From Raillietiella orientalis (lineage: Eukaryota), in assembly GCA_036172245.1 (NCBI GenBank), contig JAYWIR010000041.1, forward strand, positions 1,736,001-1,800,000: DNA of 64,000 bases. Reading direction: 5' to 3'. This document shows positions 1 to 13,800 of this stretch, in pieces; the first letter of the stretch is position 1, and every line of letters begins with the position of its first letter. A program made the translations under genes and the position numbers. Under the pieces are notes generated by a model. The model saw only the letters and a program-made list of their open reading frames with translations, was not told the origin of the DNA and did not search any database.

Positions 1-3000
1 TGAAATTCTCGTACAATACTTTTTTTCGAACCTTAATTGGTTATGTCAATTTGACAGAAACCTTCCTGGAGTAGAATGAAGTTAACTAAACTAAAATTGG
101 GCAGTGTTAAGAAGTCAGAGACATTTCCATGATAGTGTGCAATTCAAGCCCATGTAGGATGCATGCGAGGTTTTCATATTCTTAATTCATCCTGTGCTTT
201 CATTTGGTTTACCTTTGCGAAACTAGGTTATATTGATTTGTGTTTTTAAGTGCAACCCCAGTATTTAGATTTGTTTTGCTTGGATTTCATTCTCTTATGT
301 TGAAATTTGCATTTGGAAACTCAATACTCCTCTCAAGGAACATACAGTTTTGAAGTTTGTTTTGGGGAAACTATTGATTTCATTAAGATATGTTAAAAAG
401 TACTCATAATTTGTTAGAAATTATCTACAAAGCTGCATTTGTTTTTGTTTTTTTGTACCATGTTGTCTGAATTCTGTTCTTGTAGATTACTGAAACTTTT
501 ACAAGATCCTTTTTGTACTTGTAATTTCTAGTACATGAGTAGTTTGCAGACTACACTTGTTTGTGGTGATGGGCATTCTCATTTTTCGTTTCCAATGTTT
601 CATGGCTTCTTGTGAACCTGACTGAAGTATGTTTTTAAAATTCAAATCTTGAAAATTTACAAATTAAAGTAATAGTTTGAACATAATAGGTTGTTATGAA
701 TTTGGAAAGAATCCATTGTTATGATGAAGTGTATTATTGCATTTCCATTGTTTCATCCATTTTGGAAAGATGAAACTAGACATGCTGGCAAAAAAAATTC
801 ACTGACATTTGATTGGATTTATCTTATTTGTTTTTTACAATAAAGAAATCCATCTGTGGGAACAAGCATTCAAAAAATATTCCAAATCCCTCTATTTTGT
901 TTTATTTGAATTTTATGTTTTATACTTCAAGCAGTTGAATTTCCCAGGTATAAGTGTATCTTTACAAAAATTTTGGTTGTATTGTTTTAGAAAAAAAGCA
1001 AAATTGATAATGATATTTTTAAGCATCAAGGACCAATCATGTAAGCTCAAAATTAAGTAGCAGAGTTTTTGAATCGGCACAGCAAAGCCATTGCATTAGT
1101 AGAAATGTAAAAGAGATTGAAGTTCATTAAAGAATCTAATAATAAATTCTTTTTGTTAAAAATTAAAACCAGTCTACAGTGCTTTGTTTGCATTTTGCAA
1201 GTAGCAGAAAGACTCACCAAAATAAGTCCCTTAGAAAAAGACATAGTAATCTAATTATCAAATGAAATGAAGATTTCACTACTGACTTACATGATAAGCA
1301 TGAAAATGGAAACTGATGCAATAGCATTGGTTTATTTAAAACTTGTTATGTTTTATGCATATAATGTATCAGAACAAGAAAAGTGTGTTTAAATATGTAT
1401 TTATGTTATGGGCAAACATGAAGCTATCATTTTTTACAACAACCCAATAAGTAGTTTATATCAATCATAATGCAATACATCTCATTTTTCTATGTAGAAT
1501 TATGTATCTGCCCTCCTTGGTTTCATAATATTCTTTGCCAGAAATACGTCAGAAAAAAGAAAGGAGTTTTCATTTTCATTCCAAGTTGCTGTCTGGGAAG
1601 AAAACATAATTATGAAATAAATGGATTTTAGTGATCAGTCCTTTCAAGTGTTGGTAAAATTCATGAATTTCTAATGATCCAGTTAAAGGCTGTCATCCAG
1701 ATTACTATTTACACATTTATGATTATGTAGCTTGACTTTTATCATGTAGGGCTTATTAGTCATGTGCTGCATTTATGGGGAATTATGTTGTGTTCACTTA
1801 AAAGAAAAAAGTTAGATAAATGAATCATAAATAGCCCTTTAGAAATAGAAATCTTAGAATGAGATTGCTGGTTATTTCATTGATGATATGGTTGGTTTTT
1901 TTTCCTCTTCTATCAAATCAATCTTTATTTTTACAAAGCTGCTTTATTTCTCTTAAAACATTTTTGTAATATACTTGCTCTTTTCAGAATTTTTTAAATT
2001 CATATAGCAATTCGGAAGGAGTTGATGAGTGTATGTATTAGCAAACTTCAGATTTTAATTTGAGATGCTGAAAAAAATTAAATGATTGTTTTCATACAAT
2101 GATGCTACAGGAAGCATTCAAAGAATGTTATGATTGATATGAAGGAAGAATAGAATTCAGTAGAAAGGAATTGTTGAACAAGTCATACTCTTTCTACAAA
2201 CAAAGCATATCTAAAAATCAACAGAATACTCTTAGTGTATTCTGCTGATTTTTTAGTTTACATTTTGACAGAGCATATTTAAAAATATGCTCTATCACCT
2301 TTAGAGAGAGAGAATCAAAATCAGAACAAAACTTCAGGTTTGGTGACATAGTCATTTGCAATCCCCCAGCATGAAGAATTTGCTATTTTTTTGGAGTACA
2401 TCCACAAGTTTTTAGTTCAGAATTTCACCTCTGTAAAAATGAATCAGACTGCAAATGGGAAGTACTACAATAACATCCATCTGTTTAGGAAGAGACACTT
2501 CTCCCTTCACAAAAATATCTGCAAGCATTATTAATGTAATGTTCAATTACTACAGTATAGATAGTATAGTATTTTAATTACTGTGTTCAATTACATATAC
2601 TATGAATAAAACCTTTATGTTTGAAAATTGCAGATGCCATTAAAAATTATGATCTTTGTTATTTATTTTATATTTGAACTTGAAAAAATAGCCAAATTTA
2701 ATCCCAAGCAAAGAAATATCTGCTTCTATAGACAGTGATTGACAAAGTGCAGCTGCACTGTTTTGTCGACATTACAGCATTTAGGGACATTTTGACGAAA
2801 GTTTTGTTAAAAGCTTATATGTACTTAGGACCTTTGGCTAGAGCTGATTGTGGTATGATTTCTATGTATCTAAAGCAAAATCTTATTTGTGTGTTTATGT
2901 TTCCTTGTGTTTAATGACCTTCAATTAGTTATTTTTCTTTCATTTGAGAAAATCACATCGTTGCTCAGTGCTGTAGTGATTTTTATGAAAATTTCATTTT

Positions 3001-4588
3001 GTCAGCTCACAAGTTCTTTATAGATGCTTTTTGTTGAAAATCTATTTATCATCGTTAGCAAAAAAACGTTTTAAAATGCGTCCATGTTATCCAACCTTCA
3101 ATTGTTATTAATTGTAAGAAAAACGAATAGGCGGATTTTTTTTTTATTTCCCATGGATGCTTAAATTTATGGATCTTGTGTACCTTGCATGTTTTTTCTA
3201 ATAATATTTTTATCATTAGCTTAAAAATACTGAACGGAGATAAATATTTGTTGCATTTTACATGTATATAGTTTTCTTTGCCAGGAAACGAAGTTTCCAT
3301 ATTTAAAAAACCCTTCATAACATTTTGATAGATTTCATACTTTTTGATTATCTCTCTTGTGTTGTTGCAATCGTGTTTGTCTCCAAAAGAAAGAAATGTG
3401 TGCAAATTGAGAAATTTCTGTTATTAATAATGCAGTGTATTGTGTAGAAATTTAACCATCGTAACTGTAGAGTTTTTTTTTCCCCTCCATGCTTGTGGCT
3501 GTTTTTGAGTGCATATAATGATTGCCTTTTAAATTTTACATTTTAAATCAGTCCTTTTTTTTTGTTTTTGTTTTTCGTTTTTGGTGTAACCTTTAGTATT
3601 ATTTGGTTTCTTTAATTATCTGGTACTTACTTCACTGTTCAAGTTGCACAAGAATGGAACCTGATGCTTTCCGTGGTGCTTTTGCATATGAGCTAATTCC
3701 TTTTTTTTGTTTTTCATTGCTTCTCTATTGGTTTTTGCAAAAATGATGTTAATATGGTAGTGAGCATGAGTTTTTCTGTTTATTAACATAAATTTGTGCA
3801 CAAAGAATTGCATGTTGCCTTACTGAAATCAAAGGAAAACTGGAACATAAAAATCAAAAGCTTTCAAACTGAACTGAGAAATAGGTAGTGATTTTGTTTT
3901 GTAATTAAATTCAGTTTTAGAATTGGAACACTTTTTTCTAAGGTTGTTTCAATGATTTTTTATTATTGGTTCAAGAGTCCTCAGAAAACAAAGAGGAATG
4001 TCAGAACGTATATGAATTTATTTAGTGCATGATACAGCTCTAATGTCACCATTGAATCAAAGAAACTCTCCAAATGAACGTTACTACAGTTTTTCCCAAA
4101 TGAATGTCTAAATTTAGAGAATATGACAAAACCATATTAGAACTTCCAATGCAGAATTGGCAAGTTGTAATTTGAATAGCATGGATTCTCCTCGAAAAAT
4201 TCTCCTCAAAATTTTCACTCAAAAAATCACTGATATTTATGACTACTGTGATGTATGCTCCTTTCTCATATAAAGTGTACAAACTTCTGAAATACTTAGA
4301 AAGATTTGTTCATGCATGTGCCTCATGTACATGGCAGTGATATTGCATTGTCATTCCAAGATTAGGTATAGTTTTCTAGAAAAGTCATTATCATTATTTT
4401 CCTGAAGCTTTTTTCCGAAGTTGAAGATTTCAGATATTATATACAATATTAGTTTATCTTTCATATGACTGATAAATGCTTATAATACCTTAAAAAACAT
4501 TACATTAGATATTCATTTTAGTTATCAACTCAAGATCAGCTAATAAAAGAATTTACATCAACAAAAAATTTGATTGACAATGCTCCAG

Positions 4589-7500
4589 ATTTAAGTGGGA
4601 TAGATCCCAGTATTTTCTTAGGTAAGTGTTTCAACTTAGCACTATGTGATGCACCTATAAAATACAGTTAAGCAGAGCAATCCTTTACTTAAGCAAAGCA
4701 TAAAATATTGTTCCTGTGACATGAATGTTATAATATTAATAATATTTGAAACGGTTTTTATTCTTTACTAATCACAGTTTCTGTCTGTTTCTCTTTGCTG
4801 TTGGTGTTTTGGCAAATTTCAGATTAGACAATATTTTGGAGTGTTTTGTTATTAATTTCAAGCATTACTTCGACGGTTCTAAAGTGCTTCCGTTAGCGTT
4901 TTTTGAGAAAATGCTTTGACATATTTAGGTGTTTACATGTTTTACTTTACACTAACTAAAAGGTTTGCTTCTAATTGTGTATGTAGTGATTATATTCAAA
5001 CAAATAAGCGACACCTACTCTGACAAGTCATTGTTATTGTTATGTATGCAACATATATTTCCCATTTAATCATTTTTAAAGATATATTTAACTGTATGTT
5101 AAATGATTGTATTTTTTAAGTGAATGCTCATTGTTTGTGTGAATTTTTTAGCTCCATTCCTAGAATTAATTCGATCGGAAAATGTGGCAAGTCCCATAAC
5201 TGGTTTGGCCCTTAGTGCAATTAATAAATTTTTGCTGTATGAGTTGATTGGTGGGTATTACAGAAGTGTTTTGAGAAATATATGTTTTCTTCAAAGATAG
5301 CACATCGAGCAAAGCCTCTGTAGTGGCGGAATCCTTGGCTGCTGCAGTTACACATGCACGTTTTATTCGTACAGATGCAGCTAGTGATGAAGTCGTACTT
5401 ATGAAAATTTTACAGGTGCCAATTATAATGCCTTTATTGAATTAATTATCTTTCTAATCTTCTAATCTTGTATATGCAAAATGCATAGCACTGATGTCAT
5501 TGTTGCCTTATTTTTAAAATTTGATTTTTCTGTTTTCTTTTCTGTGCTTATACTTTGCATTATTTTAAGGCTAAACTAAAGAGAAAAGGGTAACTTTTTA
5601 AGTGTGTAAATATTTTCCAATCAATGTTTGCTTGTCCTCTGTATTTGTGGCATTGGACAGAATGAAAGAAAGCAACAACTGAATTGAAGAAGCATACATT
5701 AATTTGTTTCCAGATACATTTGATGATTTGGAAATCTAAACAACTTTTGGATTATTTTAGATTATACTTTCATGATTATTCAGAATAATGATGATGTTAA
5801 TTGCAGGTTTTACGAACTTTGTTGCTCAGCCCATTAGGTAAATTATTAACTAATGAAAGTGTTTGTAAAATTTTACAAAGTACCTTGAGAGTTTGTTTTG
5901 AAGTGAGACTAAGTGGTAAACACAACTGCATCGATTCTATTGTTGTCTACAATCAAATTTTATTCTTAGAATTGTTACGGCGCTGTGCAGAACTTTGTCT
6001 AATGGAAATGACTGTGCTGCTTTTTGAACATCTGAAATCAATGTCTGAAGAAGACAAACGTTCTTCTGGAAGAGTAAGGTTTTGAAACATATGAAAATCT
6101 CATTCTCTTCTACTTGTTTGCGTAGAAATTGTATATTAAAGAAAAACTAATGGTTTCTTCAGAAAGCAGAAGAAAAACTCATCATGCTTCCAGAGTGCAG
6201 AAGGAGCATATGAAAAGTAAACCAGAATCCAAAAACGGAATAGAAACTCGGATTAAAAGTAATGCACCTCGTATATTTGTAAAGCATCTCATAGTATGCT
6301 TCAGTGAATGCTAAAGAACTATCTGTTGCACAGAATTCACTTGGGGAGTGCAGCACAGGCACTCTTGATGAGATGCCTTCTGTATACCAGCACAACATTC
6401 TTTCTTGTGTTTCTGAGGATTCCTTAGCAACCGAGGTTACACAAGATAAAATAAGTGGCAATGCGGAAAACCCAAGAGAATTCAACGATATAGATAGATC
6501 AAAAGAAACTCCAAGTCTGGAAACAGTGGTACAACCACTTAATCAAGGATACATTAATAGCCAGGGAGTTCGTTTCCAGTCCACCATTCCAGATTCCATT
6601 AAAAGTAACTCAACGACTTTTTGTAAAATGTGACCAATCTTTATTGCAGTTGAAGGAGTACTTCACCCTTTTGGATTACCTACAGTCACTGAATTTTTCA
6701 GATTTCTTGTTTCTCTGATTAACCCTTTAGACCCTCAAAATAATGAAACAATGATCCATGTAGGATTGGGATTGTTATCAGTTGTCTTTGAAATCTCTGG
6801 AAAGACCATCGGATCCTTCTCCACTTTAATTATGCTGGTGAAGAATGATCTGTGTCGTAATTTAATTCGAGTAAGTCATTACAAAATACAAAGCAATCAC
6901 ACATTTCATATTCTTCTATTTGTAGTTGCTGTCTATGGAGAAACTTCCTTTATTTACACTGGTTTTACGTTTAGCATTTTTAGTTTTTGAATCTTTACGA
7001 ATTCATTTAAAACTGCAGTTTGAGTTTTGTTTGACTAAGCTGATGACTTATGTGTTTGATGAACAATCAAAATTGTCATATGAACATCAAGAAGTAGCAT
7101 TAGGTAATCAGTTATTCCTTATTTTCTGATCGTATGTTTAAAAAACTTAGCTGCTGCCTTCATTTTATTGATAGATGGTAGCATTATGAGTCTTTTCATG
7201 CATGTATTAATCATTGAATATGGTTATAAAAATACTATTTGGATCAAATAAACGAAGAATGCAGGTGTATTTTGGCCAATGTAGTATACATAATCTTTCG
7301 GATGCACTTAATTAACCAAATATCTTGTCCTTAATATAATTATCATAAATTAAGCAAATGGGAATTAATCCAAGATTCAAAACTTATAGATGTGGAATGA
7401 CTAAACTTCAGAAATAGTAGAAGTTTAAAAAGTTTTTGTTCTCCTGTTGGAGAGCTTTATTGCCATGTTTCTGGTTACAACTGAAGGCTGATTTAATTTA

Positions 7501-10500
7501 TTTAAGTGAAATCAAGGTAAAATTTGAAACTGTCAAAGCATACAAAGCTTTACCAAAATTGCGATTAAGTTTCTCCAGAATGACAGTATCCCAAACAACA
7601 TCCATGCCTTTTATTAATGTTCTTCATGTTCATTAACAAATTTCCATTATGGTGATGAATAACAAGTAAACTTTCGCTTTATGGATTTTATTCCGTATGA
7701 TTTTATATTGTATTGTATTTGGTATAGTGGTTGAATAAGTATAGTTCGGGTACTCACATGTGCCAAGATACAATAAGATTTGGTCTACAAATGCAAGCAT
7801 GTTTCCTTCAAAAACATGTTTGTATCAGAAATCAAATTTATTTAAAACTAAAGTTGGTTTTTCATTTGCAATTTTTGCAGCATTAACTTTTAACGAAGTT
7901 TTCAATGTTTCAACAAGTGGTTAAACATATTAAAAAAATATGCAAGCCTTATAAATGTTCTACCTTACATTGGCCTATTCAACAAAGATTGTATTCCAGC
8001 TTCTCTTTATTTCTTAAGGACCAGCTTTTTGCATGTAGTTCAGTTTTTTTAAATCCGCAAATATTGTGATTGTTTCTGATAATTACGATTAGCAGCATCA
8101 AATGATAGATGTTTTTGATGGTGGATTTTAGACTTTATCATGCGCTTGTGGAAGATACCAGGGTTAGTCACTGAATTATATTTGAATTATGACTGCGATC
8201 TGTATTGCTGCAATCTGTTTGAAGATTTAACAAAGGCTTTATCAAAGGTAGGTAAACATGAAGATAATGAGACTGTATTATTCTTGACAGAAATCTGAGC
8301 CTTCCACTGGACTTCATGCACTTCATACTTTATGCTTACATGCTTTGCTGATTGTCATAAATGCTATAGAAAGCAGGTGCCATCTGCGTTTAGTAACAGA
8401 AAAAACCCCTCAATTACGCTGTAAGCTGTATAATCGGAGTTTGTGCAAATCATGCTTTTGCAGCTTCCCATGTTGTCTTGCCATCTGAAGATATGTTTCA
8501 ATCTCCTCATAGGCCTCCATCACATGAAGAGTTAATGGCAATTAAGTACAAGAAGAAGCTCTTGGCCACAGGCACAGAACAATTTAATACCAAACCTGCA
8601 AAAGGAATTAGTTTTCTCCAAGAACATGGACTGCTGAGTACACCCTTGGATCCTGTAGAAGTAGTAGCATTTTTAAGAGAAAATCCACACCTTGATAAAA
8701 AGATGATAGGAGATTACATATCTAATCGGAAAAATTTGAATATTCTACAAGCTTTTGTGAGGCAAGAAATATCTTGGGAAAGGATGAGAATGATAGAATT
8801 TTTCACCTCTTTGATTAGATCGTTTCATTTTGCTAATTTACGATTGGATGAAGCTTTGCGCCTTTATTTGGAAACGTTCCGTCTTCCTGGAGAAGCCCCT
8901 TTGATCTCCCATGTTCTAGAGCATTTTGCTGATCGGTGGCATGTAAGATGCATATATTGTTTTCATTGGTTATTTTTTAAAAAATTATGTAGAAGTTGAA
9001 TGGAGAGCCATTTGCCAATGCAGACAGTGCCTTCATGTTGGCTTACGCTATTATTATGCTGAATGTTGATCAGCATAATCATAATGTGAAAAAACAAAGC
9101 GTTCCTATGACTTTTCAAGATTTTAGTAAGAATCTCAAAGGTGTTGACGAAGGAGCCGATTTTGACAGGGAGCTATTAGAAGAGATTTATCATTCAATTA
9201 AGTAATAATCGCTGAATTCAGTTTGTATTCTATGTTAGCTATTTCCTTTTAGGAATGAAGAAATCGTTATGCCTGCTGAACAGACAGGCATAGTGCGGGA
9301 AAATTACTTATGGGAAGTTCTCCTACGTTTAGGAGCTTCAGGGGAAGGTCTGTATATGCAGGCAGAAGATGGACTTTACGATGATGATTTGTTTCTTCTG
9401 TTGTGGAACCCAACTCTCATCACTTTGGGGTACATGTTGGACCAAAATCAAAATTCAGAAGTTTGGGAAAAGTCTCTCTTTGGCTTCAGGTTTTGCAAGT
9501 TAATCATACATTATTTTGATTAACTGTTGAATAGGCAGTGTGCTTTAATTGCAGCTCATTACAGCATGAATGATGTTTTCGATCAGTTAATTGTTACTCT
9601 CTATAAATCCACTGGTTTGCTAGGAACCATGCACGTATGTCTCTTGCACTTGCTTCCGATATACAGTTTGCTTTATAGGAATATTCGGCGATTAATTTTG
9701 GAAATAACAAAAAGCTCCAGCAGACTATACACACTATCTTTCATTTAGTACAGCGACACGGAGATGCTCTCCGAGAAGGATGGAAACCTGTGTTGAGTGT
9801 ATTGCTGCAGCTATTTGTTTTTAAACTTCTTCCCAAGTGCCTAATAGAAGTAAATGATTCAGCTGTATAACTCATTTATTTAAATTGCTGTTAGGTGGAG
9901 GATTTTGTTGATCCTTGTGGCAAAGTATCCCTTGTTAAGGAGGAAATGCCATTACAACGGAATGAAACAAGTTTGCTTAGTTCCTTTTATTCTTACATCT
10001 CCCTAGCAACAGGTACAATATGCAGCGTTGTTATACTCATTCCTCTCAGAGTCTGGCTCTTCTAGAAATTCTTCTAAAGAAGAACAGGCCCTCATGCAGC
10101 TAGCTAGGGATGCTGTTCTTCAATGCCATCCTGAATGTATCGTTACAGAATCTAAATTTTTGCGAGCTGAGTCACTACAGGAACTGAGCAAAGTAAACTA
10201 TCATTTAAAGAAGTTCATTGTCAAAGTAGAAGTGATTTTTAGGCACTCATTCTGAATAATGCTATTCCTGAACCTCCAGGAACACCGCTCTGGAGTCCCA
10301 GCCACAGTGAGAAAATGGCAGTCTTCCTCTTAGAACTTTTGATAAAGGTTACGATTCAAAACAGGTAAAAATCAGGCATATGACCTCTATAGTATTTGTA
10401 CCCTCCAGAGATCGTGTGCATTTGATCTGGTCATCTGTGCGTGATCACTTATTTAGTCTGATAATGAGTGCTTCATCAAGCAACCACCATTTTCTTCTGG

Positions 10501-12794
10501 AAAGAGCAGTGGCTGGTCTTATGCGGTTAGCTATCAGACTCATGTGTCGGGAAGATATGACATCTCAGGTAGAGGATTTGCAATCACAGATTTTCACTTA
10601 TACTTGAATAGGTTCTACAATCATTAGGAATGCTGCTGCTTCTCAAAGTGGATCATTTACGACGTGTGGCACGACAGATAGCATATGCTATGCTGGAATT
10701 ACTAAAGACCAATGCTACTAATATTCATGAGTCTGTAGATTGGATGCTGATATTTCATTTGCTGGAATGCTTTGGTGCAGGTGTTGCTCCCCTCAAATTG
10801 GGAAATGCCACATGCACAGATAGTAAGTTGTCTTGAGTTGAGTGTATGCTCCAGTATATGCACATATGCAGATGTCTGGATGAAGAAGCAAGTTGAAGAG
10901 GATGGTACAACTGATTCAGGGCATGTGTCTGAACGTGGGTGGACTTCCGATTCTGAATTGTATGAAAGTAAAGGGGAAGCTACCATATTGCGTACAGGTA
11001 GTTTCAGTGGCTTGCCACATCATGCAAAGAAGAACCAACAAAACTCACATGTTTTTGAGTCTACATACGATGCTTCCGATCCTCAAGTCAAAGAGGATGT
11101 TGATGTAAAAATCGAGAGAGAGAGAAAGAAAACTTCTGAGTTTTGACTTGTATTTCAGATATCCTCGGAGAATACGAATGACAGTTTGTTGAAGTTGCTT
11201 TCTAATGGTGGCAAGATAGAAAGAAGATTCTTGTTTTTTGATTTCAAATCATTTGTGCGTAGCTGTGAATCGTTGGCATTTATAGTGCGCGATGCAGCCC
11301 ATATAACACTACAGAATTTGGAAGGCTGTATTCATTGCCTCCGTACTTTTGTTGAATCAAGCCTCAGACAGAATGCAGAGAGGTGCCATTCCCTGAAGAA
11401 CAATTTCTCAAGCATCCACAACTCTGTGCATACACACAGACAAGAGAAGATGAAAACACATTCAAGGAAATCACCACCTTTGGTTGCATGTGATCATGCA
11501 GATGCCAGTGATCCAGAAGATAGATCTAATATGAATCAGCCATCTATCCAGCTTTTGGATTTGATGCATACATTGCATACTAGAGCAGCTTCTGTTTATT
11601 CATTGAGTTTCACAGATTTGCAATTGGTCAATTTATGGCAGACCTGCTGGTGTCCTTTGTTGAAAGGCATTGCCAAGCTCTGTTGTGATCAACAACAACA
11701 AGTGAGAACTGCTGCTGTGACTTACCTACACAGAGCATTGCTTGTACATGATTTGCAAGCTCTACGTTCGGAAGAATGGCAGATGTGCTTCCATGAAATT
11801 CTTTTTCCTTTGTTAACTGCATTATTGCATCCAGCAGGTTCAGCAGATCTAACAGGCATGGAGGAAATCAGAGTTCGTTCAGCAACACTTATATGCAAGG
11901 TATTTATAACTCTCACTATCGGTTTTTGTTCACTTTCTTTAGGTTTTCTTGCAACACTTGAGTCCGCTTATGTCACTACCTACTTTCTGTGCTATTTGGA
12001 TAAGAATTCTGGATTTTATGGACCAGTACATGCATGCAGACAAAGGAGAACTGCTGGTAATGCACTGTCTAACAAATTATGTGAAATTGTGGGATCTAGT
12101 CTGAGGCGATTCCGGAATTACTGAAAAATATGCTGCTAGTTATGGAAACTGCTGGAGTATTTGAGAGTGTTTCTGGCTACAATCAACTTTGGGATATTAC
12201 CTGGGAAAGAATACAGTTTTTCCTCCCGCATCTTAAAGATGAACTAATCAAGTCTAGAGAGCTCAATTCTTCCAGTGATGCAAAACCTCTAAAATATGAG
12301 CTTCTAAATGCAGAACAAGTTGTGCAGTATGTCAAATTTTGATTTAATGAAAGATATAAAAAAAGTGATGTGTATTATAGATCGACAGTCATATTGCAGC
12401 CACCTTTACCACTTCATATGCCTTTGCCTGCAGTAGATCATGTGTGCACACCTGATCTAACCTCACAGTTACCCTTGTTTACAGACCTCAGTCATGCTGC
12501 TGTGGATGTAGCTGATCAAGTAAGTGATGTAGCATCCAAAAGATTAAGACTTCTCGTCTCATCACTAGGGCTTAACAGTAGATCCATTTTTGACTTTTCA
12601 AACCCAAGTTTCAGATCAGATACCTACGTCTGTTACAGGTATGATATTTCAGGCATTTGATGCCTCTTTGCAGTGGATTTTTCAACTTAGGTAACTCTAC
12701 GAATCTGGCCCAGAGTGATACAGAAACTGGCACAACACAAGTTTCATCATCAGGACTTTCATTCTCCAAAGTTCATGATTCTGTTTCTGTTTGA
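4589..12794 (+). CDS. GBF1: Golgi brefeldin A-resistance guanine nucleotide exchange factor 1 (large Sec7 Arf-GEF, GBF1/garz); spliced, N-terminal exon(s) not found and probably upstream of the window
   Basis: Manually spliced exons: 4589-4621, 5152-5250, 5297-5415, 5807-5915, 5970-6073, 6126-6258, 6305-6604, 6650-6870, 6926-7103, 8132-8247, 8291-8420, 8464-8761, 8819-8942, 8993-9201, 9253-9489, 9535-9634, 9679-9849, 9895-10012, 10050-10192, 10243-10364, 10409-10568, 10612-10822, 10872-11104, 11159-11899, 11943-12056, 12100-12326, 12381-12519, 12569-12638, 12691-12794 (TGA). Intron phases are consistent throughout. Recognisable motifs: DCB ([53 protein letters not shown]), HUS box ([19 protein letters not shown]), Sec7 ([30 protein letters not shown] with the catalytic Glu; [14 protein letters not shown]), HDS region ([50 protein letters not shown]). 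The last three exons are poorly conserved and less certain. Confidence 0.95.
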
Positions 12795-13449
12795 AAATTT
12801 TGAAAATACCAGTGCGATTCCAGTTGAATACAAATCAGCACGCATCGTATTATTTTTGGTTCCAGAAATGTGAAATAATTCGAGAGGAAGTAATATGTTT
12901 CTTCCCATATTGCAATTTGCCTCCTCCATTCCCTTCCCCGCGATAAAAATCGACGTACACATATCCGAAGATTTTTATGCAATTTTGAAGTGTAAATAGA
13001 GATTGCATATAAAGTTTCTAAATGCATATTTTCTATTGAAATTGAGCGTGAATTCGAAATACTGTGAGAATACATCAGTTATAAAAAGTTGTATCTTGTT
13101 CTATATCATTCTGTCAATGAAGTAGAGTAACATCAATCATGTTTGTATGTTGTTTGAAATTTACGTTTGATGCCCAGTCGAAAATTGAAGTTTACAAATA
13201 AGTTTTGGAGTGGTGGCCTCGTGGATTTAACAGTGGATTAGTTGAAATCATAATGTGTTTTATGCAGTAGCATGTCATGTGGGTAATGAAACGAAAGATA
13301 TTTGTATTCTGTAGTCTGTGGCCTTAAAAGGGTAACAAGGAATGCGACTAGAAAAAAAGAAAAAAAATCGAAGAGAAAAAAAATCTCATCCGGAATATAC
13401 GGAAAATTATTGATAACTTCTGAGACGCTTAGGGGATGAGCTTTTTCTA

Positions 13450-13800
13450 CGTATTGCTAGAATAACAGCTGAAAAATCCAAGAACCAGAGCTATTGTTTT
13501 GAGAGTCCTGAAGGAATCCCCGAAGGAACGATTTAAAACTGCGTTGATGATGAATAATCAAAGATAAATGATCAAAGTAAAGTGACTTACTGGGATTTGG
13601 AAAAAATGAGATGACTGACTGTTTGCCCCAACCCCTCAGAGCACAAGGCGTTGAGAACAAATAAGGAAACATACACAAAAAAATAGCAAGAGTTGCGAAT
13701 AGCTTACGGCTCTCTACTATGGAAATCTGCAAGCAATGGCCAAGGAAAACTCGCAGCGACAGCAAAAACGGAGTTGAAAGAAGGAGATTCTACCCGGTTT
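13450..13800 (-). mobile_element. Highly decayed non-LTR retrotransposon reverse-transcriptase fragment
   Basis: Minus-strand frames give IVPSGIPSGLS (resembling SGVPQGS) followed by a degenerate FADD-like position; multiple stops and frameshifts. Confidence 0.25.

Noticed and set aside
721..805. Intronic C/D box snoRNA (ATGATGA..CTGA)
   Set aside because: No terminal stem or recognisable rRNA-antisense guide; such boxes arise by chance in AT-rich DNA.
2270..2293. 11-bp hairpin agagcatattt-aa-aaatatgctct
   Set aside because: Short, AT-rich and isolated; compatible with chance.
1..4588. First coding exon(s) of GBF1 or independent genes
   Set aside because: No segment resembling the GBF1 N-terminus was found; the short ORFs are AT-rich noise, so the region is treated as intron.
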